The notes beneath the pieces are model-generated. The model saw nothing but the letters and a program-made list of their open reading frames with translations. It searched no databases and had not been told where the DNA came from. From PVC group bacterium (lineage in GTDB: Bacteria > Omnitrophota > Gorgyraeia > B26-G9), in the NCBI GenBank assembly GCA_024231215.1, contig JAAEQR010000003.1, forward strand, positions 22,660 through 86,659: a stretch of DNA of 64,000 bases, in the 5' to 3' direction. Position numbers and translations under genes: made by a program. Shown here one piece after another: positions 29,569 to 38,861 of this stretch. Within the stretch, counting starts at the first letter, position 1, and each line of letters begins with the position of its first letter.

Positions 29569-29892
29569 TTCATGTATCGCATTTTTTCTGGAAAGTTTTT
29601 AGCCAATTCAATGCTTCTTCTTCTGCAGTAAACATTAAATCAGACCAATATATCAAGATGTAACTTAGTATATACTGATGATTGTATCATAAGATATAAT
29701 TGGGTGCAATATTATTTCATATAGAGTTAAATATTAATATAATCTTAAAAAATCTTATAAACTTAGTAAAATTGAATTGGGCGTTACGATCAACAAAAGA
29801 AAGGTTGAAAGTTTTCAGTAAATGAAGTAACATATAAAAATAACTCTTATTTGTTCTTAGTTGCCGGGAAAAAAGGAAAATCTGACGATATA

Positions 29893-30852
29893 ATGGAGAG
29901 ATTAGTAAATACCCAAAGTGGAAAGCATAGCTTGGTTGGTCGAAGTAATTCGATGCTGACTGTCTATGAACTAATAGAAAAAATTTCTCCGGTTGATGTC
30001 GGGGTCTTATTGATCGGGGAGAGTGGAACGGGTAAAGAGTTGGCAGCACATGCAATACATGGTAAAAGCGCACGAAAAGATATGCCGTTTGTTGCTGTAA
30101 ACTGTGCTGCGATTCCGGATACTTTAGCGGAAAGTGAATTGTTTGGACATGAAAAAGGGGCGTTTACCGGTGCGCAGGCAAAACGCAAGGGGAAGTTTGA
30201 ACTTGCGGATAAGGGTACTTTGTTTTTAGATGAGATCGGGGATATGAGCCTTGAAGCACAGTCCAAGATGCTTAGGATACTTGAAGAAAAGAAGTTGGAG
30301 ACGGTTGGGGGAGAGCAGAGTATTTTAGTAGATATCCGAATTATTGCCGCTTCAAACAAAGATCTTCTTCAAAAAGTAAAAGAGAGAACATTTCGGTCGG
30401 ATCTCTATTACCGACTGAATGAAATGAGAATAGACCTGCCTCCGCTAAGAGAAAGAAAAGAAGATATCTCGTTGCTGGTAAAGCATTTCATTGAGTTGTT
30501 TAATCAAGATTTTAACAAAAAAGTAAAAGGGGTTTCTGATACTGCTTTAAGTTATCTTATTAAACATAGTTGGCCTGGTAATGTTCGGGAATTGAAAAAC
30601 GTGATTAAAAGGGCAATTGCTTTAATGGAATCAGAAGTCATTTGGCTGGAGCATCTGCCGTTTGAGGTAAGGTTGCAGGCAAAAGATTATCTTAAAGACG
30701 ATTTCTCCTTGAAACAGATAGAAAGGTGTCATATTGCCGCGATATTAAATAAAACGAAATGGAACAAGAAAATGGCGGCAATGATTCTTGAAATTTCGAG
30801 GCCAAGATTAGATCGTAAAATAAAAGAGTATAATTTGACGGAGGGTAAGTAA
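29893..30852 (+). CDS. sigma-54-dependent transcriptional activator with no receiver domain (PspF-like: AAA+ sigma54-interaction domain plus C-terminal Fis-type HTH)
   Basis: It has Walker A GESGTGKE, the GAFTGA motif (EKGAFTGAQ), an Arg finger, and the C-terminal HTH ISRPRLDRKIKEY. The ATG at 29893 is preferred over the TTG at 29851. Confidence 0.75.
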   Translation: MERLVNTQSGKHSLVGRSNSMLTVYELIEKISPVDVGVLLIGESGTGKELAAHAIHGKSARKDMPFVAVNCAAIPDTLAESELFGHEKGAFTGAQAKRKGKFELADKGTLFLDEIGDMSLEAQSKMLRILEEKKLETVGGEQSILVDIRIIAASNKDLLQKVKERTFRSDLYYRLNEMRIDLPPLRERKEDISLLVKHFIELFNQDFNKKVKGVSDTALSYLIKHSWPGNVRELKNVIKRAIALMESEVIWLEHLPFEVRLQAKDYLKDDFSLKQIERCHIAAILNKTKWNKKMAAMILEISRPRLDRKIKEYNLTEGK

Positions 30853-31266
30853 GTGATTAAAAAAATAAGTATAGGTAGAGAGATTTGTGTGAGTGTTTTA
30901 AATGAAGTTGGCGTATTATCCCGGACAACTTCATTTTTAGTAAATAATGGTATAAATTTAGAGGCGGTTACCGGTTACGCGAGGAATATAGGAGAACCAG
31001 CTGAACTTATGTTTGTAACTAATGATAACCTGGCGGCAATTGATATATTGACTGAAGCTGGATATGATTCTGTGGAGGAAAACGATGTGCTTGTCGTGGA
31101 ACTTGAAAATACTCCGGGAGCATTAAAGAATATTTCTGTGCTTTTATCTCAGAACGGACTAAATATTATATATATATATGGAACTACTTGTAACAAAGGA
31201 TGTCCGGCCAAGATTATTTTAGCAACATCGGATAATCGTCGGGCTCTGGCGTTGCTGAAGAGTTAG
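30853..31266 (+). CDS. tandem ACT-domain small protein
   Basis: It has two βαββαβ-like halves. The start codon appears to be GTG, immediately after the activator gene. Confidence 0.45.
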   Translation: MIKKISIGREICVSVLNEVGVLSRTTSFLVNNGINLEAVTGYARNIGEPAELMFVTNDNLAAIDILTEAGYDSVEENDVLVVELENTPGALKNISVLLSQNGLNIIYIYGTTCNKGCPAKIILATSDNRRALALLKS

Positions 31267-31352
31267 AATCGGCTTGAAAATAAAAGATTGTAGTAGTATT
31301 ATAAATATTGTTAATAGATAATGTTTTTTTATAACAAGAAAGGGGGCAGTAC

Positions 31353-32825
31353 ATGAGGAAGGGACGGTATGTTGTTGTCGTTGCGGTAGCGGTTGCTTTG
31401 TTGTTGGCAGGGACTCAGTCAGCTTGGGCGCTGGACAGATTTTTAATTGGAGCACGCGGCGCAGGGATGGCTGGAGCTAATGTAGCGTGTGTAAATGATA
31501 CAACCGCGCAGTATTATAATCCGGCGGCGTTTGGTTTTATGGTTGAAGAAAGAAAAAAAGATACTGATCCGGGTAATTTTGCATGGGATACTAATATGGG
31601 GCTTGGATATCGTGTCCATGAAAATCTGGGAAAACTTTTGGATGATTTATCTAAAATAGATATTACGGAATTGGGTGCAAATGATATTCAGAACGAAACA
31701 GATTTGCAGAACTTGACTAAGGCGGCTGAGTTTATTAGCCGGCTTGATGATAAGGGAAACGCGATTAGTGTGGATGGCAATGCCGGCACAGGTGTTCGGA
31801 TAAATAATTTCGCGATCGGGGTGCGTGCTATGTATCAGGCTAGCGCAAGAGTTGCCACTGTTGATATAGCCAATCTGGGAATTGGAGTTAATATTGCTGG
31901 ACTAAATACTGATATTAATGCTGTTACATTAACGGGCGATGATGGACTGACATCTCTTTTCACCGGAGCGCAGGTAACACAGCTGACAACCGCAGGTTTA
32001 AATGCGGCTTCGATTCAACAGCTTGATTTCGCGGCAAGGCAAGCAGGGGTTAGTAGCGGGTCTACTGAATTACAACAGGCAGTTGACATGCTTGGTAGCG
32101 TTGCTACGGCAACAGCCAGTGCAACTGGTGGAGAAATTGAAAATAACACCACCAGCGCTGTATTAGAAGGATTTGGAGTGTATGAGATCCCGATTTCTTA
32201 CGGACGTGCCTTGAATGAGCATGTATCTATTGGTGGAAATCTGAAAATAATGAAGGGTAAAGTCTACGGGACCGAGATGATTGTTTTTAAAAATGATTCC
32301 GGCGATATTATGAAGGAAGCGGATGAAAATTATAAAGAGACTACGACTTTTGGTTTAGACCTGGGTGTAATGGCTAAATACGGAAAATTTAGCTACGGGC
32401 TTGTTGGCCGCAATTTAAATTCTCCAAAATTTGACGGGCCTACGGTTAATGCCAGAGTGTTCAATGATGTCACTATTGATCCTCAGGTTACTGCGGGTGT
32501 GGCATATCTTCCGTGGAACGGGTTGGTCTTAGAGTGTGATTATGATCTGACCAAGAGTGAAACAGGGTTGCCGGGATATGATACAAAGAACCTGTCTTTA
32601 GGTGTGGAATGGATGCTTATGCGGATTCTTTCTTTACGTGGTGGTATGTATGATAACATGGAAGAAAGCGATATCGGTTGGGTATATACAGCTGGTGTTG
32701 GTATAAATCTGCCATGGGTAAGCCTGGAAGTAGCCGGGGCGATGTCTTCTGATAAAAGTGATTATGACGGAGATAGTATTCCAGAAGAAAGTCGTGTTAC
32801 TGCACAGCTGAGCATTGGGTTTTAA
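31353..32825 (+). CDS. outer-membrane β-barrel protein (FadL/TodX/TraF-like)
   Basis: It has a signal peptide and an N-terminal Gly/Ala-rich block, GARGAGMAGANVA…YYNPAA. The sequence shows alternating amphipathic strands and a C-terminal aromatic residue (…LSIGF). Confidence 0.45.
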   Translation: MRKGRYVVVVAVAVALLLAGTQSAWALDRFLIGARGAGMAGANVACVNDTTAQYYNPAAFGFMVEERKKDTDPGNFAWDTNMGLGYRVHENLGKLLDDLSKIDITELGANDIQNETDLQNLTKAAEFISRLDDKGNAISVDGNAGTGVRINNFAIGVRAMYQASARVATVDIANLGIGVNIAGLNTDINAVTLTGDDGLTSLFTGAQVTQLTTAGLNAASIQQLDFAARQAGVSSGSTELQQAVDMLGSVATATASATGGEIENNTTSAVLEGFGVYEIPISYGRALNEHVSIGGNLKIMKGKVYGTEMIVFKNDSGDIMKEADENYKETTTFGLDLGVMAKYGKFSYGLVGRNLNSPKFDGPTVNARVFNDVTIDPQVTAGVAYLPWNGLVLECDYDLTKSETGLPGYDTKNLSLGVEWMLMRILSLRGGMYDNMEESDIGWVYTAGVGINLPWVSLEVAGAMSSDKSDYDGDSIPEESRVTAQLSIGF

Positions 32826-32860
32826 GAATAAATTGTAAGTGTTTTAAAGTAGTAGATAGA

Positions 32861-32896
32861 AGAGGAATTCCCTTTATGGGGATTCCTCTTTTTTTG
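32861..32896 (+). terminator. intrinsic terminator (AGAGGAAT…GGATTCCTCT followed by TTTTTTTG)
   Basis: A 9-bp stem plus a T-run. Confidence 0.85.
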
Positions 32897-33020
32897 AGCC
32901 TTCCTTTAGATGTATTAATACATATTTTCTTTATTTGTAATAAGATAGGATTATTGATTTGCTGAGAATAGAAAAATATGGTATACTTCACTACTTTTTT
33001 TAGATCTATGTAAATTAAAA

Positions 33021-34271
33021 ATGACTGGATATGAAATGCGAAAAATATTAAAAATAACCGGATGTATTTTCCTGTTAGCGGGAGTTTTATGTAATGCGCA
33101 AATTGGGGTTTCTCAAGAAGCGTGTTCTAATAATTTACTATCTCCGCGGCTTTCATTACAGCAGGAACATTTTCTTAGGATTTTTTCTGCAGATAAAATT
33201 CCGGCTATTAGACGGACTACGGATAGTAAAACTACTTATTTACCTGCGGATTATAGTTTGGAGGTAAAGGAAATACTTGTCCAGGTGAATTATTGGGGAA
33301 CTATGGAATATGTGATAGACGAAATACATCAAAAACTTCCGCAAGATATTGCGATGGTTATCATTTTTAATGAACGCATTAAGCCGTATTTAGATTATGC
33401 TAAAAACAAGTTATCTTCTCGAAAAGTAAGATTTATAATGTCTGAAAAAATCAGCGTTTGGGCAAGAGATAATTATATCTATTCTTTTTCTAAAAACAAA
33501 CCGATAATGGTGTTTCCAGACGGAGAGTTGCTGCGTAATATGATAGAATTGACGACAGATAAAAGAGCTATCTATAAACTCGCGAAGAAGTTGAAAATAA
33601 AAATAAAACAGGCAAAGTTTCATTTTACCGCGGGTGATATTATGACGGATGAAGAAAATATATTTGTCGGTGCGGCTACTATGCAGGATAACTTTAATAG
33701 ATATAAAATGTCTTGGAAGGAAACGTCTAAAAAAATGCAGGCTTTATTTGGAAATCCGATAGAAGTTCTGCAATTAGATGTAAATGATATTGATAATGTG
33801 CTTACTCTTTTACCGGGCAAGCGGGCAGTATTGGGTAATAATGAGCAGTTTGATAGTTTTTTAAAGGGCCATTATCATGAAAAAGTTGGTGACATTAAAA
33901 AACGTTTACTGGAGTTAGGATATGCGGTTATTGATATCCCCTGGCGGCCGCATGAAATTGATCATGGCCATGCTGATACGACTACGCTGATCTCTTATAA
34001 TAATGTTGTCTTTTTAGACCGTGATAGAATACTTTTGCCTCAGTATGGAATACCGGCAGATAAGGAAGCCATAATGACTTGGGAGCAATTAGGCTATAAG
34101 GTTATCCCGGTTCAGGCATTTTGTAACGGGGAGCATGGCGGAAGTATTCGTTGTTTTACGAATATTATCAACGCTGATTTTATTAATTATGATTCCGAAG
34201 ATTCTTCTAGAATATTCTGTCCCTCAGTTTCTCTTCAGCCGTTAGAACAATTGATTGAAATGGCTATATAA
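33021..34271 (+). CDS. exported amidinotransferase-superfamily enzyme, agmatine deiminase / Porphyromonas-type peptidylarginine deiminase-like
   Basis: It has a signal peptide, and the C-terminal catalytic motif GEHGGSIRCFTN matches the GGG-x-(H/R)-C-x-T Cys-nucleophile signature of the family. Confidence 0.5.
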   Translation: MTGYEMRKILKITGCIFLLAGVLCNAQIGVSQEACSNNLLSPRLSLQQEHFLRIFSADKIPAIRRTTDSKTTYLPADYSLEVKEILVQVNYWGTMEYVIDEIHQKLPQDIAMVIIFNERIKPYLDYAKNKLSSRKVRFIMSEKISVWARDNYIYSFSKNKPIMVFPDGELLRNMIELTTDKRAIYKLAKKLKIKIKQAKFHFTAGDIMTDEENIFVGAATMQDNFNRYKMSWKETSKKMQALFGNPIEVLQLDVNDIDNVLTLLPGKRAVLGNNEQFDSFLKGHYHEKVGDIKKRLLELGYAVIDIPWRPHEIDHGHADTTTLISYNNVVFLDRDRILLPQYGIPADKEAIMTWEQLGYKVIPVQAFCNGEHGGSIRCFTNIINADFINYDSEDSSRIFCPSVSLQPLEQLIEMAI

Positions 34272-34370
34272 AGTTCAGAATCCACCCCATTTTTACAAGC
34301 TACTTAAAAAATTGTCAAATCTAAGCCGTAACTAGCTGCGAGTAAAAGGGATATGTAAAACATGTCCTTA

Positions 34371-34406
34371 CCTTGACAGAAGTATATACCTATGGTATAC
34401 TTTTGA
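34371..34406 (+). promoter_or_regulatory. family promoter cassette, copy A: CCTTGACA, 13-nt spacer, ATGGTATACTTT
   Basis: The -35 TTGACA is at 34373-34378 and the extended -10 TGGTATACT at 34394-34402. This is the same cassette as copies B-E. Confidence 0.7.
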
Positions 34407-34457
34407 GTCTTTTTATTTTACCTAATAAAAATATATAAAAAAACAAGGAGATTTGTT

Positions 34458-37400
34458 ATGATTTCAGTATTAAGTCGTAATTTTTTCTTTAGAACAACCG
34501 CAATTATTTTAATTCAAGCATTTTTATTAATAGACATATCGTGGGCCTGTGGTGGGAGGCTTAATGATATTGATGACAGTAAGGTTTTTGAAGATAACTA
34601 CCTTGCTCCTTCCTTAATTATTAATCACTCTGACTTTTCAAGTTATTTTTCTAGTCCAGAAGATATTACTGCGAATCAATTCAGTAGTTTAAGTTCTGCA
34701 GAAATCGAAACCTTAACATATAAACTTGGCCTAACTCTTACCAATGAAAAGCAAGCAGCAAGAGAGATTGAAGAGATTAAGAAAGAACAATTTAAAATAA
34801 TGGATCAGTTTAGTGAAGGGTTAGAGAACAAGGAGCAACGTGAAAAAGCTTTGAATCAGGTAGTAAGAGATACCAATAAAGCGATTGATACTTTAAGGGC
34901 TGATTTTGTTGTGCAGGAGAGGGCAAAAGCTGAGTTAAAAATTAAAGCAGAAGAGTTGAAAATAGAAGCAGAAATTGCAAAGCTAAAATTAGGCAAAGAG
35001 AGAAGAGAAAACTTTGCGAAAGAAGCTCAGCAGGCATATGATCAGGAAATCGCCAAGCTTATTAAAGAAATCAAAGATGCCGCGAAATCAAAAAAAAGAA
35101 AGGCAGAGGAAGAGTATAAGGAACGTGTTAGCAAAATTGAGGAATGTGTTAGCAAAATTAAGGAGGGACTGCTTGAAGGAATATACATATCTGATTCGCT
35201 GGCTCAGGATATTGAAAAAATCAAGCAGGATACAAATGCCAGGATCCAAAAGATAGCTGCGGATATGCGTACTGAGAAGGGCTTTTTAAGCGATACAGTC
35301 AGGGGTATTATTATTGGCGTGTTTAAAATCGCCTGGTATTGGCCAAAAGGTAAGATAGCTGTTTTAAAGATTGAATTGAGCACTCATGAAGGTTATGATC
35401 TTAGCAAGTCTCGTAGTAGATTTAAGGCAGAAGTTAAGGAAATTAATAAATCTGCCAAGGCAGAGATAGAAGCGGTTAGGGACGGAAAAGATAAAAGGAC
35501 ACATAAACTTAAAGAAGAGCTTGATCAGGCTGGTTTAAATATTGAAAAAGATAAAACGAGGCTGGAACAGCTGGAATCAGATAAGAAAAAACAGCCGGAA
35601 ACAATTAGACAAGAAGTAGAAAACGCAATAAAAGAAGCTCAGAAAGATGCAGCTTTAAAAATCCTTAGCGGTCTTCAAGGTGATGAATATGTAGAACTCA
35701 GGCTGAAGGCTTTAGAAACTGTTTTGCCGCTGGTTAAATTATACGAAGACCGCCAGTCAGAAGGCCAGATGGACATGAGAATTGAAAGTAGGGAGGAGTC
35801 CATTGCCGCTTTATTTTTACGCGCGTATCGGGAAGGGCTTAGCGCTATTTCGATTACCGATGCTAAGCAATTACCTTCTCCTGAGGCGGCTAAGGCACAG
35901 CAGATTGTGAACAGACATATCAAGCGTTCTCGAAAGAAAAATGAAGATAAAAGAAAACCGCTGAAATATATTCCGGGAATCGAATTAGTCGTGTCTCTGG
36001 ACGGAGAGAAAGTTCCGGTAATTATCTATCTGCCGGAAAATTCACGTAACTTGGCGAACGATAAGACTGTTCAGGATTTGCTGGCGCGTAGAAGACCGTT
36101 TATGTTACAGGAACTCGCCCATATTTTATACGTATATAACGGAAAGATTGCTTTAGCCGATGCTCATAAATCTCTAAAAGCAGCGCAGATATTTTTTGAA
36201 CGCATGGCGGAATTTGTAATTAAAGGCAGGATCCCGTTGCGGTCCGTATTAGGGGTCGTATATTATGAAGGAACAAAGCAAAAATCTGATGAGCCGGACA
36301 GTCCGGAGAAACAGAAGCTGATGGAGTATATCGCCCGGCTTTGCGTACACCATCCGGTTTATAAACAGAGTGAGCTTTTCTTTCTGCCGGGAACTAATTT
36401 CAGCGGTAGTGTAGATCTGGAAAAGGAAAATATGCTCGGCAGCGGAGCGGATCGTCATCCGCATGAAACGAGTTATCGAGATAGGATTTTAAAGGCAGTA
36501 AATTATAAATCGGGATTATGGGAGAAGATTGTTTATGAATATGAGGGGTTTTTAAAAAACGTTTATATTTGGGGTTTAATGATTACGGCAGGTGTAACGA
36601 TTGTTGGGACACATTCACTTATTTTGGCCGGACTTTTTGCGGTGATGTTCTATTATTTGATTGCGACATATCCTGGATCTAAAAAAAGTGCATTAAAACA
36701 ACAGGTGCAAGTAATTCCCCAGGCAGATATTGCGTCAGAGGAAATGATGAAATACAAAGATTGGAAATTTGATCCGGCTAAAATTCCTCAACCCAAACCA
36801 GAAAGCGAAAAGAGTGCTTCTAAATGGGGAAAAGTGATGGAAACCGCAGGAAATATTTTTGATAAACTGGATATATTAGAAAATCTTTTTTATAGAGCGA
36901 CAGCCGGGACTAAGTATTTTGCCGGCAGTTTGAGAGAGCATTTAAATAAAAATAAGATCACAAATAACTTTTTCAGAAACGATTTGAAGCCCTGGCAAAA
37001 ATGGACTTTCTTTATTTCCAGTTTGACAATAAGCGGAGTATTGGCCGGTTGGTTGGCCGGCAGTGCATGGCTCGGAATTAAAATAGGGGCATTAGTCTGG
37101 GGTATTGCAATAGCGTTAAAGATTTTTGTGTACATAACCGATTGGGATATGGTGCTTTTACTTTTTGGATTTGCTGGTAGTGGGATAGCCGGATGGTTCT
37201 TGGGAAAAGACTACCCGTGGCAAGGAGCTTTTATTGGTCTTACCGGGTGGACGGGTTTTTTAAATAGGAAAGGAATAATATCCTTTTTTAGAGACAGAAT
37301 AAGAAAAGAGATTGATTTTTATAAACGTTTTAGGATGCTTGGGCCCAAGGCTGTTTTTATCCGAAAGACTCTGAAATTACAGCAGGATATGGCTAAGGGA

Positions 37401-38723
37401 ATTGTATATGTGAATATGGTGGGAAAATCGTTTGGCCTGAGAAAAATAGAGGTTGTGAATGTTTTGGCTAAACATGGTTTTGAATATGTAAAGATACAAG
37501 ATGCCAGCACATTGGTATTTGCCAAAAAGGACGTGATGAGAAGGATCGGAGCGGAATTTTTGAAAACAGCTTTAGAAAAATCCGGCACTTCCTGGGAGAA
37601 GATGACCGAGACTTTAAATAAGATCACAGAACATTTTGAAAAAATGCTGGTCGAGGTAACGCTGAGCACAGGGAACGGCAGGACACGTAAAATGTTTATC
37701 CCGGATCCGAGAGAAATTGCCGATGATCAGGTTATGTATAAGCTTTACCGGATTATCGCCATGTACAAGGCACAGGGATTAGTTTTGGAAAATCCCCAAA
37801 CCCGTCTGGTGGTTGATGTAAAAGGAGCGGACGGACAAGTCAGACCAGTTACAGCAAACGAATTGGCCTTAGTTATGAATAAATATTTTGACATTGTAGT
37901 ACCCATGCCGGAGGAGGGAAGTACGCCGGTGAAATCCAGGATTAGTCAGGGGGAGGTAAGGATACTGGAAGCTACCGGACAGCTTAATGAACTTTGGGAA
38001 CAAGGGGTTAAATCTTTAGTTTCGATCAACCTTGGTTCGCAGATCAGAGTGATTGTTGCGGAATTGCTCAAAGATGAAAAAATCGGAACAATTCGGGTAA
38101 CCTCTTATCCGACAGAATTAGGGCGTGACCTGATTGATTTTAGCTCCGAGGCCGGGAAATCGGTAGAAAGTTTGATCAGTGATCAGGCAATATTGGAGGC
38201 GGCGGAAGAGATGGGCTTACTGGAAACGATTGCGCGAGAGTTTAATATGGATAAGGAGAGCGTAACCCCTGAGCATATCGGACTGATCGCTGCCGGGCGA
38301 AATCCTTTTAATCAGGAGCAAGAGTTATACCAGCCTGTAGAGGTTAAAAAGTCGACGATGCATATGGGCAGTAAATATTTTGGCGGAGACACCGGGTCTA
38401 AGCTTGAGCGATTAGAGGCTGTGGCCCAGGAGTTATGGAAAAAGATAGATCGCAAAATAGCGGATTTTATCATCAAGCTGGATGCGGATAGAGCTGCGGA
38501 ACCGGGAAAGACCTCTTATCATCTTAGCGGAGAAACAATGACTTTGGATATCGCTAAGTTAAGAACGGAAAATTTGCGCCGGTTTCTTGAAGAGAAAAAG
38601 GCTGAGCATATCGAATTTTCCTGCGGGGAAGACCCCCTATCGGGAAACGCAATAATCGACCATGATTTAGAGCGGTCTTCTGAGATTACCGAACCTGCTT
38701 TGTTGGTTGAAATGGCGATTTAG
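34458..38723 (+). CDS. leader-family protein 1 (1421 aa): signal peptide, K/E-rich coiled-coil region, internal block of transmembrane helices, C-terminal globular region
   Basis: The leader reads …IILIQAFLLIDISWA|CGG…NYLAPSLIINH. The coiled coil spans aa ~90-420, and 6-8 hydrophobic helices lie at aa ~690-950. Confidence 0.7.
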   Translation: MISVLSRNFFFRTTAIILIQAFLLIDISWACGGRLNDIDDSKVFEDNYLAPSLIINHSDFSSYFSSPEDITANQFSSLSSAEIETLTYKLGLTLTNEKQAAREIEEIKKEQFKIMDQFSEGLENKEQREKALNQVVRDTNKAIDTLRADFVVQERAKAELKIKAEELKIEAEIAKLKLGKERRENFAKEAQQAYDQEIAKLIKEIKDAAKSKKRKAEEEYKERVSKIEECVSKIKEGLLEGIYISDSLAQDIEKIKQDTNARIQKIAADMRTEKGFLSDTVRGIIIGVFKIAWYWPKGKIAVLKIELSTHEGYDLSKSRSRFKAEVKEINKSAKAEIEAVRDGKDKRTHKLKEELDQAGLNIEKDKTRLEQLESDKKKQPETIRQEVENAIKEAQKDAALKILSGLQGDEYVELRLKALETVLPLVKLYEDRQSEGQMDMRIESREESIAALFLRAYREGLSAISITDAKQLPSPEAAKAQQIVNRHIKRSRKKNEDKRKPLKYIPGIELVVSLDGEKVPVIIYLPENSRNLANDKTVQDLLARRRPFMLQELAHILYVYNGKIALADAHKSLKAAQIFFERMAEFVIKGRIPLRSVLGVVYYEGTKQKSDEPDSPEKQKLMEYIARLCVHHPVYKQSELFFLPGTNFSGSVDLEKENMLGSGADRHPHETSYRDRILKAVNYKSGLWEKIVYEYEGFLKNVYIWGLMITAGVTIVGTHSLILAGLFAVMFYYLIATYPGSKKSALKQQVQVIPQADIASEEMMKYKDWKFDPAKIPQPKPESEKSASKWGKVMETAGNIFDKLDILENLFYRATAGTKYFAGSLREHLNKNKITNNFFRNDLKPWQKWTFFISSLTISGVLAGWLAGSAWLGIKIGALVWGIAIALKIFVYITDWDMVLLLFGFAGSGIAGWFLGKDYPWQGAFIGLTGWTGFLNRKGIISFFRDRIRKEIDFYKRFRMLGPKAVFIRKTLKLQQDMAKGIVYVNMVGKSFGLRKIEVVNVLAKHGFEYVKIQDASTLVFAKKDVMRRIGAEFLKTALEKSGTSWEKMTETLNKITEHFEKMLVEVTLSTGNGRTRKMFIPDPREIADDQVMYKLYRIIAMYKAQGLVLENPQTRLVVDVKGADGQVRPVTANELALVMNKYFDIVVPMPEEGSTPVKSRISQGEVRILEATGQLNELWEQGVKSLVSINLGSQIRVIVAELLKDEKIGTIRVTSYPTELGRDLIDFSSEAGKSVESLISDQAILEAAEEMGLLETIAREFNMDKESVTPEHIGLIAAGRNPFNQEQELYQPVEVKKSTMHMGSKYFGGDTGSKLERLEAVAQELWKKIDRKIADFIIKLDADRAAEPGKTSYHLSGETMTLDIAKLRTENLRRFLEEKKAEHIEFSCGEDPLSGNAIIDHDLERSSEITEPALLVEMAI

Positions 38724-38770
38724 CGATAATAGTTTATAACTATCTTAAAATAAATAAGTTACATTCTATC

Positions 38771-38806
38771 CCTTGACGAAGTATGCCTTATATGGTATAC
38801 TTTACT
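38771..38806 (+). promoter_or_regulatory. family promoter cassette, copy B: CCTTGACG, 13-nt spacer, ATATGGTATACTTTAC
   Basis: The -35 is at 38773-38778 and the -10 TATACT at 38797-38802. Confidence 0.7.
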
Positions 38807-38861
38807 ACCTATTTTTAAATAATCCAAACTATAATAATAACCTATTGGGAGAAAACAAGTT

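Noticed and set aside
29372-29890. Possible intact gene between rumA and the sigma-54 activator (+ strand ORFs 29403-29663 and 29449-29631).
   Set aside because: Both are F/L/C-rich low-complexity readings with no motifs. The only recognisable coding signal there is the - strand histidine-kinase C-terminal remnant, which I report as a pseudogene.
35014-35256. An 80-aa ORF (…RNVLAKLRNVLAKL…) that suggests a repeat peptide.
   Set aside because: It is an alternative-frame reading of the 21-bp tandem duplication within leader-family gene 1. The long in-frame gene explains the sequence.
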